DNA from: Nageia nagi
Taxonomy: Eukaryota; Plantae; Pinophyta
Direction of reading: 5' to 3'
Assembly (NCBI GenBank): GCA_050084985.1
Contig: JBITNC010000002.1
Span: 39,804,001 to 39,868,000 of the forward strand
Length of the DNA stretch: 64,000 nt
Shown: in pieces, positions 42,040 to 54,535 of the stretch
Layout of the letters: each line of letters opens with the position of its first letter
Numbering within the stretch: the stretch's first letter is position 1
Notes under the pieces: generated by a model
Databases searched by the model: none
The model's input: only the letters and a program-made list of their open reading frames with translations
Told to the model about the DNA's origin: nothing
Position numbers and translations under genes: made by a program

Positions 42040-45000
42040 TTAATTGGCTACTATAGGAGGGGGAAATAAGGCCATCATTTTTGCTACTTTGGATTTGATA
42101 TCTCCCTTCATAAAACCATGTGCCTTGTCTCTCCATTCTAACAACTTATGATATTGGCAAATCATTTACCTGAGTGATCTGTGAGAGAAAATGCTCATAA
42201 GATTCAACATCAGTATCTTCCATCTCCTTGGACTTGGATTTTTTCTTGATAAGTTTTCCAACTGGTTAGATGTCATTATCACTTCTCCACTCACCACCTT
42301 GTTCCAAAGTTGAAATAACGATTGTGGCGATGATACCATATACCTCATTATAGACCTTGAAAGATTTATCTTTGAAAGTGTTACACTTGGACTTTGCATT
42401 TACCAACTAATCATAAAGAAAGGATCATTCCTTTAATAAAATTAGCAAATTCTCATTGTTAATATATTTATATATAATCTTTGCAACATTATCCACCTCA
42501 ACTTCTCATAAGTTCACGTATTTATGAATATCTTGTTTGATTCCATAAAGTTGAAAATTTATGTTGTTAAGATATTAGAGGTCATGATAGGTCTTTCTAA
42601 AAATTATACTAGCCCTCTTTATCAATTTTGAAATTATTTTATCAAATTTACAACCTCTCTTATATTTAATTTTCAAATTTTCTTTATCAATACCAATCTC
42701 CTTGAACTTTCAAAAAATATTCTTCATATTCTTTACTTCTTTCTTTAACTTATTTGTCTTTGATTCTTTATCATAGGTCAAATTTTTAAGATTCTTGGTC
42801 CCTTGGTCTATAATGTATGCATTTGATTCAATTCCTAAAGATCCAATGTTATACTCCATAGTGCTGACATTCACATACCTTTTGTCTCTTATTTTTCTGA
42901 AATTGGTAGAAAGTTTATTCACACGTAATGTTTCCTCTCCAAATTCTATTATTCTCTATAACTTTATAGGAAGTAGTTTATCTTCTTTTGTAGTCTTTGC
43001 ATTTTCTTCTCTCTCACTGTCACTGCTCACCTCTTCAAGCCTTTTTAAATATGCATCAATGGCCATATTCTTTAGCAAGTTCTCAAAGCTAAGCTGATCT
43101 AGTGAGCTTGTGTCTTCAATAGTGATGGTTTGGTTATATTATTCATCTTATATTTTTTTCTTTCTTCTCTCTTCATTATATTCATCATCATCATCATCAT
43201 CACCATCCCCATCTCCTCTAGTTCCTTTGGATGTTTGTTTGGAGGGAGTATTCTATGAGCTAAGATCCTTATCTGGGGTAAAACCTTTCTTAGTCTTAGA
43301 TTGGGTGGCTATATGATCTACTAAGATGATCCTTTTGCTCCTTGCTATATCAAGATCTCTGCAATGTTCTCTTCACACTAAGAGTCTTGTAGATTCTAAG
43401 ATGAAATAGCAACAAGTAATTCCAAACTAGAAGCAACCATAGGAGGAGTACAAGCATTCTCTTTTATCTCACCTTCCTATTTGTAATATTTAATATTAAC
43501 ATATTGATAATCCTCCTCTATAAGAGTATTTGCAATTGGGCTTGCATTATGATGTTCCATAGTGGTTTCTTCAACCCATTCCTCATCATGTTATTATATT
43601 TTTCTTCTTCCTCACCACTATGGCTTATTGATCCATCATCATTCTCATTATGACTTCTTGACCTATCATCATCATTCCTAGATCTTGAATGCTCATCATT
43701 TGAACTACTTGAACTTCCTAAATAACTACTATTGGTAGAAGGATATTCACCAAGAGCAATGATGCATTTACTTTCTCTAATCTTGAACTGAGTTCTTAGG
43801 GTGCTCAATAAGAGGTTATTCTATAACTCCTAAAGTTAGAATGCTCTGGGTGGGTGTATTGATAGTTTTTAATACATCAACCCCTTGCATTGAGCCAAAC
43901 TTGTTGAAAGTGGGCTCCCTAGTAAAATCTTACTCATTAGTTTATTTAATTTCTTTTGGTTTTGATAAACTTTTGTAACTCTTATCCTTAGCCACTTTCT
44001 TCTTCTTATCTCTCTATTCCTTAGCAAGTTACTTAGAGATCTTTTGAATTTCTAACTCTAAATGAATATGTATGTATCTCTCAATCGAGCCAAGAGAATG
44101 GTGTTTGTAGTAAGTATGAAATTTCTGGTAGAACTTTTCAACTACACCCATGGGACCATAATGGGTTTTCAAGGCATGATATTCAAAACTATAACCCTCT
44201 CTTTCACATTTAATAGTTTTAACTTCTAACTACTTGTTGCAGCAATAATATGAACAAGTTATAGGCATTTTAATAGGTGCCTCTTTCTTCTCCTTAGATT
44301 TTTTTTTAAAAAAAAATTAAAATGCTTGTCTTATAGATTCTAAGCAAATCATTATGTCATTAAGATAGCAAGAATCTTGAGAGAAGCTATGTTGACATCA
44401 TAGAATCTAATGTATGAGTTGTTAGATTCCTCTAGGTAAAAATATACAAATCTCCTCAAGAAATATATAGCCTCTATCGAGATTCTAAGTACATGATCAG
44501 CTCCTTTGAGTTCTTTTAGAATAGTGAGTTCCCATTCATCTATTTTCATCTAAATATGATTCTATTACTCCTCCTTATGGAATTTTGGGTAAGCCACATA
44601 AATTGATGCTTTGCTTATGAAAATGACCTTCTTGATGCCATTAGCTTGAGGTTGATTTTTACCCTTCAATAATAAGAATACTAGGTGTGACATATAGAAG
44701 AAAGTCTTCATCCTCTTCACTTCACTCAATTGGTTAATCATACCATCACTAATAACTTGACTCCATCTTATGCTCCTTCCTGTATTCATTACATAAAGGA
44801 ATTTGAATAAATCTTTCTCAAACCTAATATCTAAGGATTTTCCCAAAATTTGCATAGGAAATTGATGGATTTATTTCTAGTATCTTGAAAATCGCATCTA
44901 TGTGCTTTCATCATGGCTTGATGAGCCATACAATGATGTTATGATTTTAGCCAAATTCAAATGAGATCACTTTCTCTATGTTTGGCACTATATTCCTTGA

Positions 45001-45429
45001 ATTATTTATTAACATCCTCTTGCATAAAGATGATACCCTGATTTGACCATCCCATTGCCTTCTCAATACCTTCCTTCTTCAAGTTAGCAATAACCTTTCC
45101 ATCTATATCCTTAACAAATCTTTGAACAAAATCTATATGTTCTTCAACTTCTAATACTAGCTTAGAAAAATTGACTAAAAATGGGATGACCACAATGATT
45201 AATATTTCAAAATAATGGAGTAAATCTTCTTCTTTTAACTCCTATGGAAGCTGATCTACTTCCCTCAACATAAGGATGGGGTTAGTGTGATTACACTTTA
45301 GATCTTGGATGTTCTCTAGTATATTGTAATAATGAGACCTTTACTTGAATCTTTTGACTTTCTTTAGGTCCATGAAGCTCATCTTTGTCAAACAAATTAG
45401 CCACCTTCATTCTTCTTTAACTTACTCAT
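42040..45429 (-). pseudogene. LTR-internal ORF (~1100 codons, degenerate), 5' LTR copy
   Basis: Chain of minus-strand ORF fragments: 45002-45193, 44565-44855 (WSQVISDGMINQL...FYMSHLVFLL), 44352-44549, 43518-43808 (S/D-rich), 42710-42922 (coiled-coil-like), 42166-42399. Same order in the other LTR. Confidence 0.7.
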
Positions 45430-46189
45430 CCTCCAAAATGATGAAAATTTCACTTTATCATCATTTTGAGACAAAAATGATATCATAAATTTATCGAAAA
45501 TTTTATTTTCTCAAATTTAACTATTCTTTTATTGGTCACATCTAGGTAGAAACCTATCTCAGAATGACTTATCAAAATACTTATACATACTCAAATTGAT
45601 ATCTAAATGCACATGACTATTATTTTTCACTTAGTCTCTTTAAGGTAAAAACATAATTTAATGCGATAACAAGAAATGTCTTAGTCATGTAGGGTTAAAT
45701 TTTAATTCTAATACAACCAAACAAACCCCTTATTCACATTGGAGTTAAGATCTAAATGCATGCGATAACATTGGTACATAATCATTTTAGCTTTGATGCT
45801 TAGTTCCATGTGACAAAAGTTTTTTACTTAGTCACCTCACTTTCCATAGCAACCTCTATGCAACAAAAGATTTACTTAGTCATTTTTATATAACAAAAAA
45901 TATTAATACCACCAAAGGAGGAATAGACTTGATAAAGTTAAGAATCATAGACATGACGATAAGATCTTTAGTTGGTGGGAGGTAAAAATTGATTTGGTGG
46001 CAACAAGGGTAGGGTTCAACCATTCTTGGTTTGAAGGAGACCTAAAGATGAAAAGGATCAAATGCCTATTCACTCTTACCTTCTATCACAAACTACTCTA
46101 ACAATGCAAAAGATTAGGTTACTTTGCCTTTGAAAAAAAACTAGTAGTGATAGAGTATGAAAGTAATAGATACATGATGGAGAAGACCT

Positions 46190-46201
46190 AATATTTATAG
46201 G
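46190..46201 (-). promoter_or_regulatory. Candidate TATA box of the Tat LTR
   Basis: Minus strand CCTATAAATA, conserved in the other LTR at ~25919-25929 and followed by pyrimidine-rich sequence. Confidence 0.5.
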
Positions 46202-46982
46202 TGCAAAACATGCCAAAGGACACACATCACACATATAAGAACTGATGATCTAGATCAAATGGTGGGGATGAATCAATGAGTGGCTTTAGTTGGATTAAAT
46301 AAGGTTTATAGTCAATGTGACCAAGTGATAGCCTAGATCATGTTGTATAGGTTCTCACTTGGGTGCAATTGTTGTTATTTCCTTAGTCATCTCCAAATAA
46401 CTATCTTTCTAGATATGACTACAAAGTTTTCCAAGTCACATTGAATAAGGAGTTAACTCAATGTAACCACTAGAATCCTTTATTTACTCCTAAGGGAGTT
46501 TATACGTTAGTATAACCATTGAAAATAAAAAAGATAATTCGATTTCATGAAATTTTGATCTAGCTTCAAAAATGAAGATGCTTTCACCTTTTGAACTTTG
46601 ATGAAAATTGACTTCCACTTTTTAGTGTATAGAATGAACACTTGGTCTTAAAAATGGGATTTCAAGAGTTCCATCTCATGTCAAGGGTAGATGCTTGTAA
46701 TTAGATTGGAGAATGATATTCAACAATTTGTAAAAACCAACTTCCATGTTAATGTCTAGAATACATGCTTGCCTCCAAGGTGAAAGATGTTAACCAACGT
46801 TCCAAACCCTTTTTGTGATGAAAAAAATGTGATCTTGAAAAATCATTATTTTTGTATTTTTGAATTATGCAAGTTTTTATCTATTTTTTGTTTACTAAGG
46901 AAAATAAGAAATTTTTACTAGATACCTAACTTGAGGAAAAAGTAAAAAAAATGTTTCTTAAAAATTGGGTGGTAATAATGCT

Positions 46983-47758
46983 ATGAAATAATCTAAGTAT
47001 ACCATATGATATGAAAATGATCTAAATGCTCCAACAATATGCATGAAATGATCTAATTACACCCTATGATATGAAATGATGTAAATGCATAATATTATGA
47101 AATGAAATTATCTAAGTATACATCATATGATATGAAATGATCTAAATGCATCATATATAATTACATGAAATGCTATGAAGCATCTAAGTTGGTTGTATGG
47201 TAATATTTATGAACAATGCTAAAGATTAACATTGATATATCTATTGAGAGCTTGTAGCTATAGCTAGACCTAACTTACCTAATTTGTGATAATTTGAACA
47301 TATTATCCTAGGTAAAATACATCTAACATTTATAGTAACGATAAAGAAAACATAGCATTTATATTTATAGGTTGAATAGTTAAGTATTATAAGCATTTTT
47401 TACCAACTTACCACTTTTGAAATGGTTTTTGATACTTTATGTTTTATCATGGAGCCAATTTTACACCTAACAAATGCTCCTGCTTAAAAGTCTCTACAAT
47501 CTTTCATTTTGTGTATATCCTACAATTGTAGGATTAATCAATATACATACATTATTTACCTTCTTGATTGTCCAAACTATCTTGAAGGAGCCTTCAAATT
47601 CACTACCAAAATACTCATAAACCTATCCAAAAGTGGTAAGTTGGTAGATGCTAGCAAAATACAGAAAAACATGTTATTACCAAGAGTATACCACATATAA
47701 AAATAATGGAAATATAGACCATCGCATTAATGAAGTTGACCAATCACCATTAATATAT

Positions 47759-47810
<52 letters not shown>

Positions 47811-48270
47811 AATGATGAAAGATAAAAATATGTTCATGATAAGTGCATCATATGATATAAAATGATCCAAATTCACCAACATATGATATAAAATGATCAA
47901 AATGCACCAACATATGATATAAAGTTATCCAAATGCACCAACATATGATATAAAATTATACAAATGCACCAATATATGATATAAAATTATCCCAATGCAC
48001 CAACATATGATATGAAATGATCTAATTACACCATATTGGTTTGAAATGATGCTATTGTACCATATGATATGAAATGATCCAAGTGCATGATATGATACAT
48101 GAAATGATCCAAGTACACTATATTGGTTTGAAACAATATGATATGAAAGCAACATATAATATGAAATTCATCTAAGTACACCATATGGTATGAAATGATG
48201 AAACTATGCCGTATAATATGAAATGATATATGTACACCATATGATATGAAATTATTCAAATATGCTCTAT
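46983..48270. repeat. ~29-31-bp satellite ATATGATATGAAATGATCCAAATGCACC(AA)
   Basis: Arrays at 46983-47170 and 47840-48270. One unit lies at 14286-14326 on the other side of the Tat insertion. Scattered copies continue to ~55660. Confidence 0.85.
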
Positions 48271-49390
48271 AGTTTCAATTATTGATCAAATGATTCAAAT
48301 ATTCTCTACAATACTTCTACCACAATATTTAATTTACAAGCACCAAGTAAACACATCCACACCAAAGAAGATTTTTTTGAAAATTTGAAATGAAACATAA
48401 AATATGCATAAAATCTAATAGATGTATATATGCAAAATGTGGAAGATGTGTGATGGAGACACACTTTCACGAGTACAACAAGGATGCCAACTTACCACTT
48501 TTGGACTATTTTTTGACACTTAAATTTTTTTTGGGTTAAACAATTGCTTTCCTTTAAGAAAATTTATGGGTTGAATAGTTAGTTTCCTTCTCCAAGTCAA
48601 TTTTTGGATTAATATGGTGTATTTAAATCACTTCATATCATATCATAATTTACTTTTGAAAAATGTTCTCATACAAGCTAGACAATAAAAAGCCCATAAG
48701 TGATAAGTGATACAAGTAGAGGCATTGGGTAGAGGAGAGGAGAGAGAGGCAAGATGAGCTAATTGGAATTGTACCATATGACATAAAATGATTTTTCCCT
48801 ATATACATAGACATAGATGAAGAAAAATACTTTATACCATGTCTAGTAGGTGATTCTGAAGATAGCCTACATAAGCCACCACATTTGATTTATAAGCACC
48901 AATTACACACATTTATACACCCAATTCAAGGTTTATGGGTGTTTTGGAAATGAAGCTCAAATCTCCCTCAAGATAGCTTGCACAGCCAAGTAGGTCAACA
49001 ATTTATATATAATGATTAATCCTATGATTGCAAGATATGCATAAAATGAAAGATTGTAGAGACTTTTAAGTAGATGCAAATGTCATGCGTAAAACTAGGT
49101 ACATGAAGAAGTACTATACAAAAGTATCCAAAACCAATCCAAAAGTGGTAAGTTGGCAAAAATATGCTTGTAATACTTAGCAACTGTTCAACCTAGAAAT
49201 TTAAATGTTATGTTTTATTACCTCCACAATAAGCACTTTAATATATCTTTACCCTAAGGATAACCTATTTAAAACATCATGAATTAGATAAATCAGGGCT
49301 AACTACATTTAGAATATCTCAATAGATTTATATTGTCATGCTTCAACATTGTTCATAATGTTACCACACAAACAAGTTGGATGCTTCAAA
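47175..49390. repeat. ~460-bp inverted repeat (47175-47635 vs 48920-49390) containing PPR-derived sequence
   Basis: For example CTTAAAAGTCTCTACAATCTTTCATTTT versus AAAATGAAAGATTGTAGAGACTTTTAAG, and TGAAGCATCTAAGTT versus AAGTTGGATGCTTCA. Confidence 0.8.
47753..47807. repeat. (TA)n microsatellite
   Basis: Direct reading; one interruption. Confidence 0.95.
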
Positions 49391-50399
49391 CATATGATAT
49401 GAAATGATCCAAGATGACCATATAATAAGAATTGTGGAATTTTAAGCATTTGTAGGATGCAAGGCATGGGAATTATTTGATAAGATGTATGATTCAAAAC
49501 ATAGTTTCATTGTATGCAATGATTACAAGATTCCTACTACAAAATGACATGTAATTCAAAATGCAAAGCAATACCTATTGCATAGATGCCTCTACTCATC
49601 TTCTTGGTCATGTAGCCTATCTTGAAGAAGTTAAATAAGATTCAATTATGCTATACAAGAACCAAGTAGACACATTTTGATTTATAATATCAAATAAGAC
49701 ACATACACACACCCAAGTAGCATATTTAAAAAAATGAAATGGAACATAAACCTCATAGACATGAATGCAAAATGTGAATGGTGTATGATTGCAGACACAA
49801 TCTCATGGACTATAATGGTTGGAGGAAATGCAATTCATGGATAAAGTGAGGATGCCCTTAAACTTTGATTTGGTGAACCTATTGGTAACCAAATATTTTT
49901 TCCTATGTTTGGCTAAGTACTACAAGCATGTTTTTGCCAACTTATCACTTTTGGACTAATTTTTTACACTTAGAAATTTTTTGGGTTGAACAATTTCTTT
50001 CCTTCTCTAAGCTAGTTTTGGAGGATATGGTGTATTATAATCATTTCATATCACATCATATAGAAAAAACCAAAAAGAAATTCATATCATATAATATGGT
50101 GTATTTTGGTAGTGAATTTCAAAGCTCCCTCAAGATATAGCTTGCATGACTAAGAAGGTCAACAATGCATGTATAATGATTAATCTTATGATTACAAGAT
50201 ATGTAATTCATGGCTACACCAAGGATATACAATTCTTATGATGTATTTAAGTCATTACATATCACATGTCATAAATTAAATATAAACACAATAAGATTCA
50301 AATATGCTCCAAAATTATGCTCAAATGATTTAAATATTCTCTATAGTTTCACACATTGTTCAAATGTTTCAAATATGTTTAACAATACTGGTACAACAT

Positions 50400-52613
50400 C
50401 TCATATATTAATATAGGTTAAAAATATTTTTTTTTGCTAGAAAATAAAGAAGCCACATTTTTTTTTGTAATATTTCATAATCACCACATGGTCTATACAA
50501 CCTGACACCCACTTTATAGATAACTAGAATACTAACTTTACAATAATCTAGATCTAAAGGTACATGTTGCACCTTATCCTTAAGGTTTTTACTAAACCAT
50601 ATGGCATTGACCACTATGTGATTATCTATAGTTAGTAAGGAGAATTTTCTATCACATTTGGAAGTTAGTGTTGTTTGCAATCCCTACATGAAAAAGTAAT
50701 AGCCCATATAAATACACTACATAACATCTAAGTCCATAGTTTTAAAGTTGAGATAATAGTGATCATACCATATCTAGTAAGCCTGAGTTAGCACCTACAG
50801 AGCTGCTATTTGTGCTTTAATCTACTTGGGTATCCTATTTTGCATTGGCTTATGGAATTATGTACAAGGAATCATTACAATTTAGGGGTGCAACATATAA
50901 GCATTTCAAATATGAAATCATGAAAAAATTGACACACCTATAGTCATGAAATGTGGGGTATCACATCATGCATCTTTTTCTCATACTCTTCTTGAACATT
51001 TACAATCTTTTCCTCCATCTCCTCTTCAAGTGTTTTCTTTATTTTTTTTTAATTCATTATGCATGTGGCAAATTTCTACCTTATAACCATCATTTGGAAT
51101 CATGCTAGTTGATAAAACACCTTTATTGATGCATGGAACCTGAACCCTCTTTTAGATCCTAAAACATGCATAAGGGCATCATCCATAATATCTTGATTTA
51201 CAGATCTCAACCTAGTAGATGATATTGTATCATTCTAGTAACATCACATGCATAGTTAACTTGGAACATGTTAAAAAAATAATAGATAAAATTATTATTT
51301 TGAGTTAATATTTCCAAGGGAATTACAATTTTTAAAGTACCTTCTAGTGATACAAAAGAGTCATCCTTTTTCTATGAGCTATCAACCATACAAATACCCT
51401 TGGTAGTAGAAGATCTGCATTTAATTGGCTTTGCCTTTGCAAGATATATAGATGGAGAGACATGAGGATAAATCATATGATAAAATAATATATATGATAT
51501 AATACCATTTCATACTCTAATTGATCATATGTTTTCCAATCAATAGTGTGCATGACATATTATTGAGATCTATTTTTTTTGTTCCTTTACCTAGCTGTAT
51601 GTAACACAATAAAGGAAATAGTATAATAATTCATAAGGGAGAGAAAGGTGACCTACAAAACTCACATGAACATAATAATGATATGAAATACCATTATATA
51701 ATGGCTATTACTTGCCTCAAAATCCTCAAAATCATTATTTTTTTTTGCTTTTCACAAAGGCTTCCCAATCTTGTATTGGTAGATGAGGTGGGTGTTAGCA
51801 ATTCTATCTTCATCATTGTCATACTTATCATAATGTAGTTTCACCAATTAATATTTATTATCACACAATAATTTTCCAATATTAATCATACTCCATTTCT
51901 TCATGTTATTTGTAACATCACACTTTTGCTATATTAAACCATTACCTTATTAGACTACAATATTTACATAAGTAATCATAATGAAGTATATGAAATATAT
52001 TGGCTAGTAAGTTAACTTAACCATTACCCAACACTTGTTTTAAACATCTTTTGGGACTTCTTTTTAGTATCTATAGGTGATAGGGACAATATCCCTTGAT
52101 ATCACCCCCAAAAAGATGAAAAGTGCTTGGCATTATTTCTAATGAGCTATATAAATAGATTGGTCCTAATCTCCATCTTATCTGTATTGCTCACCTTAAG
52201 TGCCATTCTTATGGGACCTCTAATTTTTTGATGTGATGGTTTGGTATCAATATATATATAAACATTATCACCCTCATTTCCCAAAGCATTTCACCCTCAT
52301 TTCCCAAAGTATTATCACCATCATTGCCCAAAGCATTATCACCCTCATTGCCAAAAGCATTCTCACCCTTGTTACCCATAACATCATTAAAATTATTACC
52401 AAAATTATCATCAAATTCATTTCCACTAGCATTATCATTTACAACATTCTCCCCATTTGATTCAATGATGTTATGACCTGAATATTTATAAGCTTCATCA
52501 ACCTTATAACTCTATTGTGTTCTAATAATTGAATTTGCTAGATTTTTTTTTTGAGGCATCCTTCGATAGTGGTTGTATTTTTCTTTTTAGTTTTTTTAGG
52601 CACCTCCAGTCAT
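50400..52613 (-). pseudogene. CACTA ORF2 (TnpA/Tnp1-like) pseudogene
   Basis: ORF 50408-50680 VQHVPLDLDYCKVSILVIYKVGVRLYRP resembles the En/Spm Tnp1 C-terminal domain. Same strand as, and downstream of, the transposase. Start position tentative. Confidence 0.6.
52260..52445. repeat. 21-bp tandem repeat (AGCATTATCACCCTCATTGCC-like)
   Basis: About 8 degenerate units, reading NEGDNA-like on the minus strand. Confidence 0.8.
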
Positions 52614-52671
52614 GGTAATTTTTGACTACAAGCACATATCAACATTAAGAATTAATATTTTCCATCTAATA

Positions 52672-54038
52672 ATTGTGAATGCCTTGATAGACATGTATGC
52701 AAAATGTGGAAGAATATAAAAGGCCTAAGAATTGTATAAGAATATGCATGATGCAAAAATTATTTCATGGAATGTAATAATCTTAAAGATATGCATGAAA
52801 TGGGATTCTTAGAAAGGCTTAGATACTTTTAAGTAGATGCAATTATTATATGTGAAACCAAAATCTATAACATTTACTAACATTCTTCCAACATGTGCCA
52901 CCATTGGAGCTCTAGAACAAGGTATGGACATCTATAAAAGAGTAGTTGAAAATGGTTTTACATTGAATGTTGTAGTTGTGAAAGTTCTGATGGGCATGTA
53001 TGAAAACTATGGAAGAATACACACAGCCTAAGAATTATTTGAAAAGATGTAGAGATAGTTTTATGGAATGCAATGATCATAGAATATGCATAAAATTGGT
53101 TTTTTAAGGCTCTATATACTTTTAAGCAGATGCAATTCTTAGATGTAAAGCCAAACTCTATAACCCTTGCCAACATTCTTCTAGAATGTGCCACCATGGG
53201 AGCTCTAGAAGAAGGTATGGATATATGTAAAAGATTAGTTGAAAATGATTTTGCATTGAAAGTTGTGGTCGTGAAATCCTTGATAGGCATGTATGCAAAA
53301 TGTAGAAGAATACACAAGGCCCAAGAATTATTTAACAAGATGCATGATGCACACATAGCTCCATGGAATGTAATGAATTGGGTGTGTGTATGTGTGTACT
53401 TGGTTTTTGTAAATAGAAGATATCCCAATTCCAAATCACTAATAAAAAACATATTCTTTCTAGTACATATTCTAAATAGATCAAAAACCTTCTTCTTTTA
53501 TGCATTTTCAAAATTTGAATCAATCTCTTACTAAGAGGTCTTTGATATATCTAGATATGCACTGGAAAGGAAATACCATGTACTATCTCATCTCATCTCC
53601 TTTCATCATGCCTTTATAAAATGCTTGTACTATCATATGTACCCATTGCTTAATCAAATATTGAAGAATATGTAAGGCCTAAGAATTGTTTAACAAGATG
53701 CATGATGTAGAAATAGTATCATTTGATGCAATGATGTTAAGGATATGCACAAAATAGGATTTATGAAAAGGATCTACATACTTTTAAGAAAATGGAATTA
53801 TCATATGTAAAACCATAATCTATAACCTTTTCCAACATTCTTCTAGCATTTTCCACCATGGGAGCTTTAGAAGAAGGTATGGACATCCATCAAAGAGCAA
53901 TTGAAAATGATTGTGCATTAAATGTTGTGGTTATGAAAGCCTTGATAGGCATGTATGCAAAAAATGTAAGAATACATGATTCCCAATAATTATTTAACAA
54001 GATTCATGATGCAGACATAGCTTCATGGAATGCAATGA
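52672..54038 (+). pseudogene. PLS-class pentatricopeptide-repeat (PPR) gene fragments, tandemly repeated
   Basis: IVNALIDMYAKCGRI*KA*ELY...SWN. ORFs 52837-53031 and 53130-53534 (VKPNSITLANILLECATMGALEEGMDI...LIGMYAKCRRIHKAQELFNKMHDAHIAPWN). A third P-L-S block at ~53650-54038. Confidence 0.9.
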
Positions 54039-54535
54039 ATTGGGTATGTGTATGTGTGTACTTGGTGCTTGTAAATCAAATATTATGTTTTGTGCATGCT
54101 ATCTTGAGGGAGATTTTAACTTCATTTCCACAATACCCATAAACCTTGAATTGGGTGTGTGAAAGTGTTTACTTTGTTCTTGTAAATCAAATATGGTGGT
54201 TTGTACAGGCTAGCTTTAGGAAGCTTTGAATTTCACTACCAAAAAAACCCATAAACCATAAATTGGGTTTGTGGAAGTATGTACTTGGTGCTTGTAAATT
54301 GAGTGATGTGGTTTGTGCAAGCTATCTTGAGGAAGCTTTGAACTTCATTGCCAAAATATGCATAATCCCTAGATTTGATATGTGGAAGTGTCTACTTGGT
54401 GCTTGTAAATTGAATGTTATGGTTTGTATAGGCTATCTTTAGGAAGCTTTGAAATTCACTGCCAAAATACCTATAAATTCTAAATTGGGTATCTTCATGT
54501 GACTACTTGGTGCTTGTAAATAGACTATTGTGGTT
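54039..54535 (+). repeat. 111-bp tandem repeat derived from the PPR S2/E1 region
   Basis: CTTGTAAAT recurs at 54068, 54179, 54291, 54402 and 54513. Units translate as ASYLEEALNFIAK...WKCLLGACK. Confidence 0.88.

Larger units (their letters stand above)
14327..46977 (-). mobile_element. Giant Tat-type Ty3/gypsy retrotransposon with ~6.3-kb LTRs and nested insertions
   Basis: Direct repeats 14327-26703 (with a nested element) and 40678-46977, with T(G/A)TTAACC...GGTGGTAA(C/T)A ends. 5-bp TSD ATGCT at 14322-14326 and 46978-46982. gag-pol remnants on the minus strand. Confidence 0.92.
40678..46977 (-). repeat. 5' LTR of the Tat element (6300 bp)
   Basis: TGTTAACC...GGTGGTAATA, colinear with the left LTR, adjacent to the PBS and TSD. 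Confidence 0.92.

Noticed and set aside
42795-43316. Hydrophobic, membrane-like + strand ORFs (also 16073-16341), suggesting an env gene
   Set aside because: They are antisense shadows of the K/E-rich minus-strand LTR ORF.
14327-46977. Segmental duplication or misassembly explaining the 6.3-kb repeats
   Set aside because: TG..CA-type ends, a 5-bp TSD, an adjacent PBS, enclosed gag-pol and ~17% divergence identify them as LTRs.
47840-48270. CRISPR-like array of ~30-bp repeats; ORFs 47925-48155 and 48026-48259
   Set aside because: Head-to-tail degenerate units without unique spacers, in eukaryotic DNA. The ORFs are translations of the satellite.
52672-54038. Functional PPR gene
   Set aside because: In-frame stops and frameshifts, no targeting peptide or complete E/DYW end, and fusion to repeats.
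54234-54250. CACTACCAAAA as a CACTA TIR (also at 47621)
   Set aside because: It is part of the PPR-derived 111-bp unit (codons for NFTTK), not a terminus.
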